Source: Catajapyx aquilonaris
Lineage: Eukaryota
Length of the DNA: 64,000 nucleotides
NCBI GenBank assembly: GCA_000934665.2
Contig: KZ538130.1
Location: 1 to 64,000 of the forward strand
Direction of reading: 5' to 3'
The notes below the pieces were generated by a model that was given only the letters and a program-made list of their open reading frames with translations, did not search any database and was not told the origin of the DNA. This document shows positions 1-14,100 of the stretch, piece after piece. The translations under genes were made by a program, and so were the position numbers. Numbering within the stretch: the first letter of the stretch is position 1; the number at the start of each line of letters is the position of its first letter.

Positions 1-444
1 ACTCCTCCTGAGATTTTTTTCTATGTCAGGGAAAGGGTCTGAGTTACAACATATTTAAAAATCGGATTTTTAAATTAGGCGGATTTTTTTTTAAAAAACT
101 CTGAAATTTTGAAAATGGGACAAAATTTTCAAAAAAGTCACAATACGAATTTTCAATCCTTAGTGAGATTGGGCTCTCGAATCTCTTCAAAGGGAGCGGT
201 CTGCGACGTCTGTAGCTCAATTGGTTCACGAGATATGGCCGATTTCTGAAACCCTACCTTCCGAAAATGACGTTTTTTTCGGTGGGCCTATCTCCGGGGA
301 GGGGGGGGTAAATCTCAAAACCGCGCAAATGGTATTTTTGAAAGACGTAATTAAAGCGATTCGCCGATTTTCGTCAAAATCTGACAACCCAAGGGTCAAT
401 TTTCCTTAAAAGCTCGGTGAATTGACATGGAATGACCCACATAT
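1..444. mobile_element. Right end of a DNA transposon or MITE cut by the window edge
   Basis: Ends in ttgacatggaatgacccacatat, whose reverse complement resembles the terminal repeat of the 12270-13299 element. The partner TIR is not visible. Confidence 0.4.
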
Positions 445-1803
445 GAAACTGGCTTTCCGCAATTTGAAATTAACAAAATGAACATTCGTTTTTTCGCCTT
501 GTTTTGTCTCGCGCATACGTGATCAACTGATCATATATGCTTACATATTATGTTTTTAAATGTGTATAGGCAGCATCGCGACGTGTATACAAAATTAGTA
601 AAAGTGTGAATATGCTAATACAGCAGTGAAACCTATACCGGTACATATCGGAATCGATCCGGTACCGTACGTAAAATATTCCGTTATAAATCGTCCGCTA
701 CATCGAACAATTTTATACATTACAAATAAGTTAGGGAGCACAAGTTTGGGACAATATTCCTCAAGCTTTTTGAACGACTTTGTAAGCTCCGACGACACAC
801 ACTTGGAAGGATGTTGGCTGATTGGCAGCTTATTTTTATCGAGTATGCCAGTGATCAGAAGGGATGGCTGCGCAGAAGTATAAATAATTGGCGATTTTTG
901 TTTTGTTTTGCCGAAGCCGACCATTATTTGCTTCGCTTCAGGATTAGTGAAGCGATCTTAATGCCAATTACGATATATTGTTTTTCTTGCTGAGGGATTT
1001 TTCAAAATGCCGTCCGTTTCCTCGTTAAAGGAGTTCCAATACATCGGGCAAAAATATACGAGAAATTCTGCTTTGCTGCCGGAAAATTTTACCACTGTGA
1101 CAGATTTACTATACATACAGTATTACGCTGGAACAGACAAGGGTCAACTATTTCGATTGAACATCGCGCAATTGAAAATAATTATTCTGACTAGCCCACG
1201 CTCATGACAGGATAGACCTAGTAGGCCTAATAATTTTTGCAATAACAAAATATTTGTGATACTGTAACTTAATGTGAGCGACGGCTTAAAAATGAGAGCA
1301 ATCAGCCTGTGAACAAATATGATGCTACAGATAATTTTAATTGGAAGGCCATTTAGTGCAGTATGTCCACGGTTCACTCTTGTCCAAATAAAAGCTTTGC
1401 ATACAGTATTATGGCAGAATCCTATCTATATTCCCTAACTTTTCTGCATTTTGAAAAATAAAGTTTTAAATATTATCCATGTAAGTCCTAGTAATATATT
1501 TAGAGTGAATATGTTTGGTAGTAGCGTATTTAGAGTCGATGAATGCCATTTTATCTAACTGTAATAAACCACTAAACCCATTAGATCAACACCTTTTAGG
1601 AAGTTTTCTGAATAAACAGTTAAAACATAATAAGGGGTCGATTATGTCATTACATGCAACATGTTCGTATAATATTGGCGCGGAAATAGTTACATCTATG
1701 ACGCTTTTTTCCCCGATATGTCTAGTTTTGTAACAGTTACAAAGAAGCAGGTTGGCCTTTTTCACCTGCAAAGTTACGGAAAGACTCGTTTAATCTTGAT
1801 TGT

Positions 1804-2294
1804 ATGATTGTGCAGCAGCATTCCACCGGGAATGGCATCAAATATTTGTGTCACCTACTTGTACTGGTAGAATACCTATTAGGCCTAATCCAGAGAAGGC
1901 AGTGTGCAGTGTAAAAATTGGTAGTTCCAACTCACTGCTAGTCATGGCAACAAATAGACGTTACAGATCTTGACCAACCAATAACTGAGAATGCATTAAT
2001 AACAATGACACACGATCATTATTAATTATTATCATTATCATATTTATCATTATTAAAAATGTTAACGGTTATTATAATATTGTCAATAAGTCATCAATTG
2101 CACATTATTTTTCTTGTTATTCATGTGTCGATTTTACTATTTGTACAGCCTGGTGTACTTTGCTGCTTGAATCTCTCCCTTTCTCCCCACCTCCCAATTC
2201 CCCCCCCCCTCCCCACTCCAGACGTTTCCGCTCCTCCCGCGCCTCCCAAGAGCAGCTACCCAATCACATTCCAGCAAGACATACCTACACCCAG
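1804..2294 (+). CDS. Possible 5' exons (signal peptide plus Pro-rich segment) of the EGF/mucin gene
   Basis: Joining 1804-1866 (MIVQQHSTGNGIKYLCHLLVL|gtagaa) to the acceptor before 2149 (PGVLCCLNLSLSPHLPIPPP..) gives a plausible signal peptide. The visible donor near 2294 is phase 2, but exon 3883 needs phase 1, so the link is unresolved. Confidence 0.3.
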
Positions 2295-2604
2295 GTGCGA
2301 CCTGACCACAACTGCTGAAACCTTTCGTATAATACTAAGGTAGAACATGAGAAAACGTCAACGGTTCTTGTAGGCTTATCTATGGTAATAAATGACGTTC
2401 TTTTCTGTTGTAACTAAATGCTAACAAATGAGCACCTTGTACTGTACATACCTAACTCATGCTCCACTCTCAAAACATGCTGATAATTCCAAATGTCTGA
2501 CAACGATTACTTATCATGTGGACAAAAAATGCGATATGACATTCATCACTAAGTATAGAAAATGATGAGTTGATGACTAATGTTCAGTCCTGGTTCTTTT
2601 GAAA

Positions 2605-2872
2605 TCTTCTATATAAATAAAGCCATTTGTGAGTCTGTCTGTCCGCCTGCCAACCGTCATTTGCCTGCCATATGTGCTCCACCCCCAGCAGACCGGGAGA
2701 GGATGGAGGTGTTGGGGGGTTGACTACAGATGGCAGGCAAATGACGGTTACCGTTATACAGGCGCTGATACAGGCGGGAGAGGTTGAAGATATTGGAGTA
2801 CCAGGACCACAGATGGCATTGGTAGGCGGACACACAGAAAGACAGACAGTTGACGGGGGTACTGGCAGGTGT
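2605..2872 (+). mobile_element. Helitron-like element, 3'-truncated copy
   Basis: A|TC start and collinear similarity to 55324-55585. It lacks the hairpin/CTAG end. Confidence 0.75.
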
Positions 2873-3682
2873 TATATTATCTTATGTTTGACGTTACCAA
2901 TATAGTACGCGAGGATTGGCAGTGAGCCTGACACAAAAAATATGTTACTATGTGTTACTATTAAGGAAAATTTAATCTGCTATCCCATATTAGGTAGCAG
3001 GCAGTCGTCGAGGTCATGAAAGTATCGTAGGCTGTATCCGCGACTCTTACAGTCCAATGCAGCTGGACTGGGCAGAATGTGGCCTCAAGTTATAAACCAG
3101 TTGGTCATATAACTTAACATTTGATAAAGAGTATACGAAAAAAGTGCAATGCAGATGTACAGTACGGTATACCCTTTGTCGGCTTTTAAGCTATACACTA
3201 CTTGATATGCTTTGTGCCAGGTCGACTAAATTGCAGCCGAGGAATAATGTACTGTACCTCCTCTACATGCATTTACCTGTAGGCCTATAGGAAAGTGCTG
3301 CGTTGTAAGCCACTCTTTAGTTCGTCAACATTTTCGGCGCATTATGCTTAAAGGCTTGCATCATCTGCGTTTTTTTTGTCGGATGTGGTTAAAACTGCAT
3401 GAACGTGCAGGGTTTTCGCTGCAGTGGGAAGCGGAAAACAATATCTGGATCAAATACAGAGCATTTGCTCATGCTTGTTCGTAGAATATAATGCCATGTC
3501 TATTGTCATGCATAGACACCCCATTTATTACTTAAAGTTAGACGGAAATAACAATCAGAACAAACATCGGCAAGCTTTATTGTATAAAATTTACAGACAG
3601 TTCTTAATTACATAACTGATATTAATTAGTTTTAATGTATGTAATAGTGACGAAGTGAATGTTGCTAATAATGTGGAAAATA

Positions 3683-3803
3683 TAATAGGCCACAGCCGCT
3701 TCCTCACTTCCATATCCTTGGCCCCATCAAATGGTGGTATTCTACTCCCCTAATGGGGCACCGATTCTTCCAATGGGGTAAAATAAATAAATGAAGTAAA
3801 ATA
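3683..3803 (+). mobile_element. 5'-truncated SINE family 1 copy, tail type C
   Basis: Starts in the core (taataggccacagccgcttcct) and ends in (AAAT)n-like sequence. The 16-bp TSD aataatgtggaaaata lies at 3667-3682 and 3804-3819. Confidence 0.8.
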
Positions 3804-3882
3804 AATAATGTGGAAAATAACTTACTTTGGAGCATTGAAATTAATGATTATGGCATATTTTTGTTTTATTTCCTTTCTTCAG

Positions 3883-6800
3883 ATAAGATTTTCTTCCCAA
3901 ATGACATCGAGGCGAATGAGACGAGAACTTCAGAAAACACTTCGACACCTACAGGAACCAGTACATCCGTCAGCACATCCAAAACATCTTCTAATTATAC
4001 CAGTGGAAAATTTACATCTTCTAATACAATTGTTACAACTCAGAAATCTACCAAAAGCCCCAGTACAGCAACATCTACTACGACCTCCACTACCTCAGTC
4101 TCTACCTCTACAACTTTCCCCAAATCCACTACAACTATAACTTCTCAACCAATAACGTCATCTAACCATTCATTCTCGACAATAATTACAACCAGCACGG
4201 TAAATGTCACAACCTCTACTCAACCGCCTGTAACAACTTCGCAAGGTGGTAAGCTGTCTTAACATGTCCCTTGTGTCAACCTCTGCGCATCATAAACATG
4301 ACCTCTCGTTTTCCAATGCACAGGATGCAGCGGAGGATGCCCAAAGTATTCCAAATGCTTGAATAACACATGCCAGTGCGACCCAGGGTACATTCTGGAG
4401 GGTAAAGAATGTGTGGGTAAGTTAACACTGACCCACTGAATGTGTGGGTAAGTTAACACTTACCACTGAATGGGCGGGTAAGTTAACACTTACCCACTGA
4501 ATGTGTGGGTAAGTTAACACTTACCCACTGAATGTGTGGGTAAGTTAACACTGACCCACTGAATGGGTGAGTAAGTTAACACTTACCACTGAATGGGCGG
4601 GTAAGTTAACACTTACCACTGAATGGGTGGGTAAGTTAACACTTACCCACTGAATGTGTGGGTAAGTTAACACTGACCCACTGTCACTGTTCACTGTTGA
4701 CACAATTTGGTGAATTTGACAGGGACACCATGCCTAAAAGACATTTGTATGAACGGAGGAACCTGCAGTGGGACCGGGAGTGGCAGTTCCGACTTCATAT
4801 GTTACTGTACTCCAGGATATGAAGGCCGATATTGCGAGTGCCAAAACAAATGCCTGGACAATGCTTGCCCTTCAGAAGCAGAGTGTCTGGACCTGTGCAA
4901 CGTTGCTATTTGCGAATGCCCACAAGGAAAATCCTACAATCGAACTACGAACAAATGTGATGGTATGTATCGACATGTCATGTTAACAGTATTTTTAATA
5001 TTTCAGAACACACTGCCTATGGGTTTACCTGCTGCATACTGGGCTGTCAAGCTGTCAAACTCCGACTGGGAAATTGGAAAAAAAAAAAGTTTTTTTTCTT
5101 CCAGTCTAGGGTTCCGATTTTCAGACGGGACATTACTGAATATTCCCGACATTTTTCCCGCCGTGCCGTAAGAAAGGGTCTCGTCACGCGGCCTGTGACG
5201 TCGCAGGACTTTCCTTTTCAACTCCTAGATATTGATCCACAACGACGTAGTATAAGAAAGTTGACACACTGTCCCAACTCCAAGGCGTGATTCCAGACGG
5301 GAGAAATGGGCATTTCCCCTTTCCCAAGTCGGAACATAAATTACAATGGAATCCGACACAACCAATAGTCAAAAATGAAATATTAATAAAGAAGCCTTAA
5401 TATATTTAATAAGTTATTATTAAATTTTAATGTTACATTATTAAATTAAATTTATTTATTAATTAAATTTGAACATTAGTAGCCTACCGTGTGTTTTGTA
5501 ACTCAGCTCACAGTGGATATTAATGTCATTCAATCTTTTCCCACAATATTGTGCTGGGTTTGCCACAAGGGCGACTTATGTCCTTTCCGGGTGACTACTA
5601 TGGTAACCCCATACAAAATCTCGTTTTGATTCGATTCAGATGTAGACATCTGCGACCTAATCGGGAAGCTGGTGTGCGATGCTGAGAAAGGACGAAAGTG
5701 CCAGTCCAACATCGGGACCACCAACTTCACATGTGTATGTGACGGACCTATATATGAGCCTGTCAATGCGACTGAGGACAAGGATGTGGACATTAAGTGC
5801 AAATGTAAGAATATTAAAAATATATACTATGAGAAGATTTCATCTGACCATTTTATATTATAGATGCTGATATTTGTAACACAACTCACAGTCTTTGTGG
5901 TGAGAATGCGATTTGCACTTACAACGAGTTTAATGGAACCGAGTGCACATGTCCAGAATTCTATGTGGGTTCTGGAAAAGATGTATGCCGACGTAAGTTT
6001 AATTCCGCTTGATCAGCAGTTTAGTTGTTTGATATGCCACATTATTATGTTTTAGCTGTCAACTTGTGCAACATACCGTCTGTAAACACATGCGAGCAAG
6101 GATGTAACCAGACAGTGACAGGACGATTGGAATGCTATTGCTTTGAAGGATTTCACATAGTCAGCGGAAATAGTTGCAAAGAAGGTTTGATATTTTAACA
6201 TTTTTTTTTTGAATAGTGCATAGCTTGCTTATTTCCTGACTAAACAACCTTAATGGGTACTATCGGTCTCAATCAGGCCCCGGACACTTATACTACATTC
6301 TGAGCTTATCGCCTGCCGAGGAGTTTTGCAGCGGATGCTCACCTGAGAGCGCCATAAGACATTTCACGGAGCAATTATGTGGCGACCCTACCGGACTAGG
6401 CTGAACTATATAGGTACAAAAGAGAAGCGCTACATTGGGGGACCCAACATGGGCGCCGGCGGCCATGTTGGGCCCGTATGTAGCGCTTCCCTTTTGTACC
6501 TATAAAGTTCAGCCTAGTCCGGTAGGGTCGCCACATAATTGTTCCGGGAAATCAATCAATCAATCAATTTTATTTTAACATCCCTATATAAGCATAGGGA
6601 GGGAATACCTCCGGGAAATGTCTTATGGCGCTCTCAGGTGAGCACCCGCTGCAAAACTCCTCGGCAGGGGGTGGGTGGGAGTGACCTAACCTGAGTCTTT
6701 TATAACCATGGTCTCAATAATTAGATTCGGCCAGTTTATCCTGGTCACCGAAGCAGGTTGGCATAGTGGATAAGGCGTCCGACTGCTAATCGGGAGGTCC

Positions 6801-8080
6801 TGGGTTCTAATCCCGGGGCCGGCAACCCTGACCGTGGTTTTCTGTGGTTTTCCACGGTCTTTCTAGGATAATTCTGGGGTCGCTTCCGTATAATAGGCCA
6901 CAGCCGCTTCCTTCCTTCCCTATCCTTGGAGGTTGAAAGGCAATGCTGGGCCAACCTCCTTAAATATCAATTATAAAGTTTATCCTGGTCTTGAAGCAAC
7001 CCTGCATGCATACATACACATAGGGCTGTGCGATATTTCGATACATCGACTGTCGATACGATATTTTCCTAATATCAAAGTTGCGATATCCGACGCTTGG
7101 CATGTTCGATGTATCGAATATCGCGATTTTTCGATGTAGGTTCGATGTCTGTTTTCGATATTTTTCGATATCGGTTTTCGATGTCGGTTTTTCGATATAT
7201 CGACTTCGATTCGATATTTTTTAAGTAGTATCGAAAGTCGATATGTAATTTCGGATATCGCACAGCCCTACATACACACCTCCTCACCGTGGGGCCTGTG
7301 CGAAGGGTTGCTTCACGGCCAGGATAAAGTGGCCGAAACTAATTGCGACCGATAGTACATATGCAATACCAGTAATATTGGTGGGCTGAGTAATATATTA
7401 TTTAAAGTTAGTTCCAACCTAAAATTCTCACCTTGTAAAATGTTTTTACAGATGATGGTTATAACTGCACGACAAAATGCGGAAACGATACAATATGCTC
7501 CAAAAATGGCACGGATTATTTTTGCACTTGCAAGGATGGATTTGTATACAACAGCACAACAAATACTTGTGAAGGTAATTACACGCATTATCACAATTTC
7601 AAATTGTCATCTCACTTGCAAGGTGTATCGTTCACCACAGAGAAGCAATAGTGTGTTATGTCGATTTATTGTGAGACTGAGTAACTTCATTCGTTTATTA
7701 TAACCTGTCTACTTCTAACTATTATAGATCTTGATGAATGTCAGGAAATTGAGGAACTTTGCAATCACACCCATGCCGTATGCAACAATCTGAAAGGAGG
7801 CTACCAGTGCATTTGTGACAATGATACCATCCAGATGAATGATGGAACTTGCCAAGGTAGGGAATGTCCGAAGTGTTTTTAAGGGAAGGGTTCAGTGATT
7901 TTGCATGTTGAGCTCCAAAAATCAAACACGACTCCCTGATTAGAAATATCCGATCCGTTTTGTTGGCAAATGCACCATAAGCGTAAAATTTCAAGTCAAA
8001 GTAGTTTTTTTAAAAAATCAGCGCCGAACACGGGTTTTCTCTAGCCACAAGAGTGGAAGCTTCGATGCAGCGGTCGAAGC

Positions 8081-8111
<31 letters not shown>

Positions 8112-11100
8112 TCATACCCCGTTATCAGCCTTTTTCGGCTCTTTAGGGGGGAAGTTTTTGATTTGCCTGGAACTCTTTGCTTTCATTTTACTGCGCTTTT
8201 TTGGGATAGGATAGGGACGGAAGGAAGCGGCTGTGGCCTATTAATTACGGACACAACTCCGGAATTTTCCTGGAAGGACCGTGGGAAACCACAGAAAACC
8301 ACGGTCAGAGTCGCCGGCCCCGGGATTTGATCCCAGGACCTCCCGATTAGCAGTCGGACACCATATCCCTTACTCCAAACTGCTTCGGTGCAGCGGTCGA
8401 AGCTTCCACTCTTGTGGCTAGAGGGAACCCGTGTCCCGTGAGAAGATGAATAAATGGGCTCCGAGCAGGCTCCGAGACTAAGCCAATCTCATTGGCCACG
8501 GTGGTGGCAGGTTACCGGAATTTCCGCGGGAGGCGCTGGCTGTACGCTTACCGTATCGAATACAGTAGCGGATATGGACTTTCACCTAACGGGATTTGTT
8601 TACGCGGCGTCAGATTCCAAAACTGACCACATTTTTGGAATCAGGGAATCTTCCTTGACCTCTGAAGCCCAACATGCAAAATCACTGAACCCTTCCTTTA
8701 AATCCTGATCAAGCCAGCCGTTTTATCATGAAGCAATTATTGCATTCCAAAAATATATTTTTTTAAAAAAGAGCCCACAGGAAGAAAAAACGCAATCTTC
8801 AAACTTCAAACATTTATGTGTTTTAATATCATTTTATTGTGACTGATAGTTCTGCATTTCAAGTCTTCATCTGGTGCCTGTTAAAATTTTCTCACAAGTT
8901 ATAGCCTATGATATGTATATTATTTTAATAAACATGTCGCCACTCTGCCATTTCAAACCACTCAGAGCACTTTTGTAGACATTATAAGAAACAAAGTTAC
9001 AGAATGCAGTACCATATATATTTAAAATAGTTTCAAGTTTTCAACCAATAAACATTCTCAGAAACTAAAAGACCATATAGCATAACCACAACCATCACAA
9101 TGAAGGTACTCCATTTTGAAACTAAGTCTAATTCTGTGAATAACAATTTAGAGCATTTAACTACAACGTTGTGGATGGTGAAAAGTAATTACAGTAACAC
9201 CATAATACGAGTGAGGCAGCTGCACTGCACATGTTTTAGCGCGACTCTATATAACCATATGTCCGTCAACAAGCGTGCTAACATTAATTTATGCACCGCT
9301 CTAATTGCTTGAACAAACACCATTTTAAAAATCCCATCTGTAACTCCCGTCGGCCATAAATATCACTTACAGTGTCTTCATACTTTCATTTCAAATTACT
9401 ATTTACAATGTTTTTTTTTTGCTCTTGTTCAGTCAAGGATGAATGCAAAATAGGTCCCAATCCCTGCCCTGGATTTGGACAAGTGTGCAATTCATTTGTG
9501 GGAGGATACAACTGCTCTTGCGACTATGGTTTTGAAGGCAATGGACAAAACTGCTCAGGTATATTTTAAACGCATGAAACCGAGTCCAAATGGCGATCTA
9601 AAACTCTTATTTTATAGTGCTGAATGTTTGTGACGAGGGATGGAACATATGCCCAACACCTAGAATGGAATGTATAAATTCATTCAACAAGAATATGTAC
9701 AAATGCCAGTGTGACGAAGGATATGTTGGGGAAATCTGCACACCTGGTAGGCTTTAAATTATTACATATAAGTATGCATTGTTATCTTAATTCAAATTTC
9801 AGCAACTCGTCTAGGACTTCCGATGTACAATGTCAACATGACTCTGTATATGAAATACACATCTGCACTGCAATATCCTGGAAGAGAAGAGTTCCGGGCA
9901 GCTGCCACAATGATCCAAAATCCGGTGAACTTTTCAATATTCATTTTGAAAATGTTTTGCTAAACACATAATTTCATTTTCAGTTGGAAGACATACTCCA
10001 GGACATTGTATCTGAGGTGCGAGTGATCTCCTTTCGTCCGGTTGACACATCCTCCAAACTTGGCCTGCTTAGTGAAGACGACTCAAATTTGACTCTGGCT
10101 TACTTGGACCTCTACTTGAAAAAGAATTTGCAACAGAATGCATCAGTACTGACAGACTTGGTGCAACGCTCGAGCATTTTGCCCAATGGAACCAAACAAG
10201 GATTCTATCTCCCTGGCATACGAGTGAACAGCTTTGGTGTGAATGGTACTGTCTGTATCTATTGTCATTCATTAAGATTGACAAGGGCGAAACCGCTTTG
10301 CATGCGAACTAAGACCCAAATCCGGATAGTTGAGAACAATCATTGAGTTTGGATGTACTATATGAGGACGAAACATTTCGAGAGTTAACTAATTTTTGTT
10401 AGAAACAGTGAGATTCCACAATATTGCAGCTCCATAATTTGAGACAAGTGTAATAAACTGCATACCAGTAGTTCATTAGTCAGCAGCAAAAGCTGGAATA
10501 CCATTTCACAATAATTTCGCAATATTCCAACGCTGTCACGAAATTAAACATTTATTACTCTATATTTAAACGACTCTGGAACGTACAGCTCCGAGTTTCC
10601 TTAATTATGCACGTTGTTCCATACTAGTAGTAGGTCATCAGGACTGCAATGATTTCTTGCAATGACTCTAGTTGACCATCATGTGTCATTACTATTATTC
10701 GCCTCTGTATTATAGATGCGGATGGGTGCGACATGGATGGAAACGAATGCTCTATGACAGACACTGTCAGTTGCGTCAGTAGTGACACAGTACCAGGGAA
10801 TTACATGTGCGTCTGTAATAAAGGGTACAAAGAAATTGGTCGTCACTACGAAGTAGCTGACTGCCAAGGTGAGTGATCTCCACCTGTCGTAAATGCAGCT
10901 AATTGTTGTCATTTTCACCACTCTTTTTATCACACACGATTGCGTACAAGGTCTGATTACATATTTCCAGCCTCTTCTCAAATAATGACTTTTGTGTTGA
11001 CGAATCATCCGATAGCAATGCTCCTGTTGCAGATATTAATGAATGCTCTGAACAACCCAACGCATGTGCCAATGAGAAAGACACTATCTGTATCAACGTT

Positions 11101-14100
11101 CGTGGATCATACAAATGTAACTGCCGTGATTTGTATGTCATGAACAACAAAACCAAAGTATGCCAACTCTGGTGCGAAGCGGAAGGAAATGCTTGCCAAA
11201 ATGGCGTGTGTGATAGAAAAACCATGAAATGCAGGTAGGACAATTATTTTGAGCCCCCCCCCCCCCCCCNCCCCCCCCCCCCCACTTACTGTTCACGCAG
11301 AGTAGGCCTACACTCGCAAGTACAGTACAATGAGGGCACACCTGAATCCGATTTATCCTGAAGGATAGGCCATTCGCATCACATCGCCGATGCCACTCGG
11401 CCAAAGGGTTAGCAACTCCCTAGAACCGGTGTACACACTGGCCAAGGAATCAGGTGGAACCGGTGTACACACTGGTCAAGGAAGCAAGTGGAACCGGGTG
11501 GAACCGGGTGGAACCGGGTGGAACCGGGTGGAACCAGCCTGGAACCGGGTGGAACCAGCCTGGAACCGGGTGGAACCGGCTTGGAACCGGGTGGAACCTC
11601 CCGGTTCCAGGTTCTGGTGTACACTTTTTGGGGGTAGTTGCTAACCCCTTGCACACGGCAAACAGGCTTGGAAATGATGACGCTGAAGGAATGGTGAGGA
11701 TGGCCTATCCTTCAGGATAAACCTGATTCATGTCTGGAACTGGTACTATAATTGTGCTGGCGACTGTACAAATCATATAAGGGTGTATGGATTTTCCCAA
11801 CCAGCTTAAATCAAATTTTAGAAACAATACCGTGCCTTAGAATCGCCATCAAGTGAAATCCCCGCATTATGGCTGCTACACGCTCAGTGAAGCAAGCTAT
11901 GCGATACAGATAGGTTTTGTTCATTGAGAAATCTAACATAGCTGTAGCTAGGCCATTAACGCAACGCCCACTTTCACCAAGTCTGTCGCTTTTGTTTGCT
12001 CAGAGATTATATACGTTGAAACGCATTAGCTGCCAGGCAACCGCTCATCGAAGGAAACATCCAGAAGAATCTATACTATAGGCCTACTCAAGATTCCGTT
12101 AGGGAATTCTCAATAGCTATGAATCAATTTAAAAATTGTGACAAATAGGCTATTATAATTTTTGTTTCATTGCTTCCAGTTGCAATAGGGGATATGATGG
12201 TGTGCACTGTGAAAACAAGAACCCACTCCTGACCACTCTCAACGGTAAATACTACTTCTTCAGTCAATCATGTGTGGCTAATTCCACGATTGACTTACAC
12301 TACACACAGAAAAATGGTGACACGCTATGGTAGTCAGGTGACGATATCCAGTTTGACTCGCCAAGCAGAGTCAGTTCACTTTCCAAACAAGTCGCCTGAC
12401 ACCTCAGGGGGGGTCAAAGGACCACCCCTCCCCGAACTGCTCTGACTATCCTGGCGGGTCCACTGATGACTCTGGGGAGTATCTCGACCATACTGGCGAG
12501 TCAAAGGACACCCCAGAGGAGTCAAATTACTCGCCTTTATAAAGGCGAGTAATTTGACTCCTCTGGGGTGTCCCTTTTCTGTGTGTACTGTACATGACAA
12601 TCAGTTCATGCCTAACTTTTAATTATTTAAAGCACAAACTTAGCATTTAAGGAAAGGGTGTATAAACAGAAATAGGCAGTATGTATCTAAGTGTTAATTA
12701 ATGTTTTGATTTAACAGTTGCACATTTCATTTGAGTTATGTATATAAAAGGAATTCGTGACTAACCGGACAAGAAAGCCACTGGTAACAGAGGCTTCAGA
12801 CATGAATGCAAATTTGTTCACATTTATGACTTAAATGTTAGTGTGATTGGGGTGAGGATATATTTTTCAAAGACCCAAATTTAAATATTATTATGTGAAC
12901 TTGGTGTCATGGTATTAATTTTACAAGAAATAAATTATTTCTTTCGTGACTTAAACGACACTTAAAACTTGACTTACACGACAAAAATTAAATGGCCATA
13001 ACAATGTTCAGACAAAAATTATCTCAAAATTATTATTATTATTTAAACTACTGTGTAGTGAGAAGGTAATTAATATCAACTTTTAGATTTTTGTAACAGT
13101 TACAGCTAAAACTTTAAAAAGGTCAAAACATCGCGACTTACACGACACACAAAGATGGTATTTAAACATGCTAATTTTTATGCCGAATAAGTCATTGCAA
13201 TGGAAAGGTAAATATATAGTACATTAATCCAGTTCTTATAAATTATTTATTTTAAAATCTGACCCTGATGTAGACTTTTGCGTGGAATTAGCCGCATATA
13301 AAAAACGATCAATGTCACATTCAAGTCATTTCGATATATTATGTGGGTTTGAAATGCATTTATTATGGCGTACTTTTTTTTCAATATTTCAATGGGGGCT
13401 GTAATTCAAAGGGGAAATCACTCGACTGAAAAGTGTACACTGGAGTACCAAATTCAAGGAGTACCAAGGATTAATAAAGAGTGAGGTACTATCGGCGCGA
13501 AAATGGTACGGACACTAAGGGATCAGCTGACTATTGACAAGTGTCCGTACCATTTCCGTGCCGATAGTACCTGAGGAGTACCTGGGAGTACCAACTCGCA
13601 GGTGTACACCGGAGTACCGAAGTGATTACCCCCTTGCTGTAATTTCTACACTCGACCTTCAGAACTACCCTTCCAGAACTACACAACGTAATGCATACCT
13701 AAATTTTGACTAAAGTTAAATAATAATACTCATGGTTTCAGAGACGGAACTAGAATTCTACATCACCGTGGGAATAATGGGCACCGCTCTGATCCTGACT
13801 GTAGTGGCAGTTATCGTCTTATGTTGCAAGTAATTATCTCAGCACTTTTTTTTACTGTATACTAATAGTGTTTGAGCTCCTATACAACCACCATACATGT
13901 TTTTGTTTTAGGATAAGACAGCGGACAAGACCGATGGAACACTGCGATCCATTTGCTCTCAACGTGCTGGATGAATACCATACGGTGAGCTCCAGGTCGT
14001 CGTACACACCACTAGAGTACTGAAGAAAATAAACTTGTTTCAGATGCATCATTATCGAGCCTGTGACTATCGAGTCCAGGTTACGAATGAAAATGATGAC

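Larger units (their letters stand above)
6710..7350. mobile_element. Short hairpin element (ATCCTGG..CTTGAAGCAACCC family) hosting a SINE and a hAT-like MITE
   Basis: Removing the inserts restores inverted arms. Related copies lie at 16924-17326, about 23888-24008 and 47510-47632. Confidence 0.7.

Noticed and set aside
4407..4682. CRISPR-like array (also 44503-44627 and 11455-11600)
   Set aside because: The units are head-to-tail with no unique spacers, there are no cas genes, and the context is a eukaryotic intron.
6755..6822. Functional tRNA-Ser(GCT) gene
   Set aside because: There is no long variable arm or proper acceptor stem, and it continues into a SINE core and tail bounded by a TSD.
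11390..11720. Repetitive ORFs (WNRVEP / TGWNQP repeats)
   Set aside because: They are translations of the GGAACCGGGT array inside a MITE.
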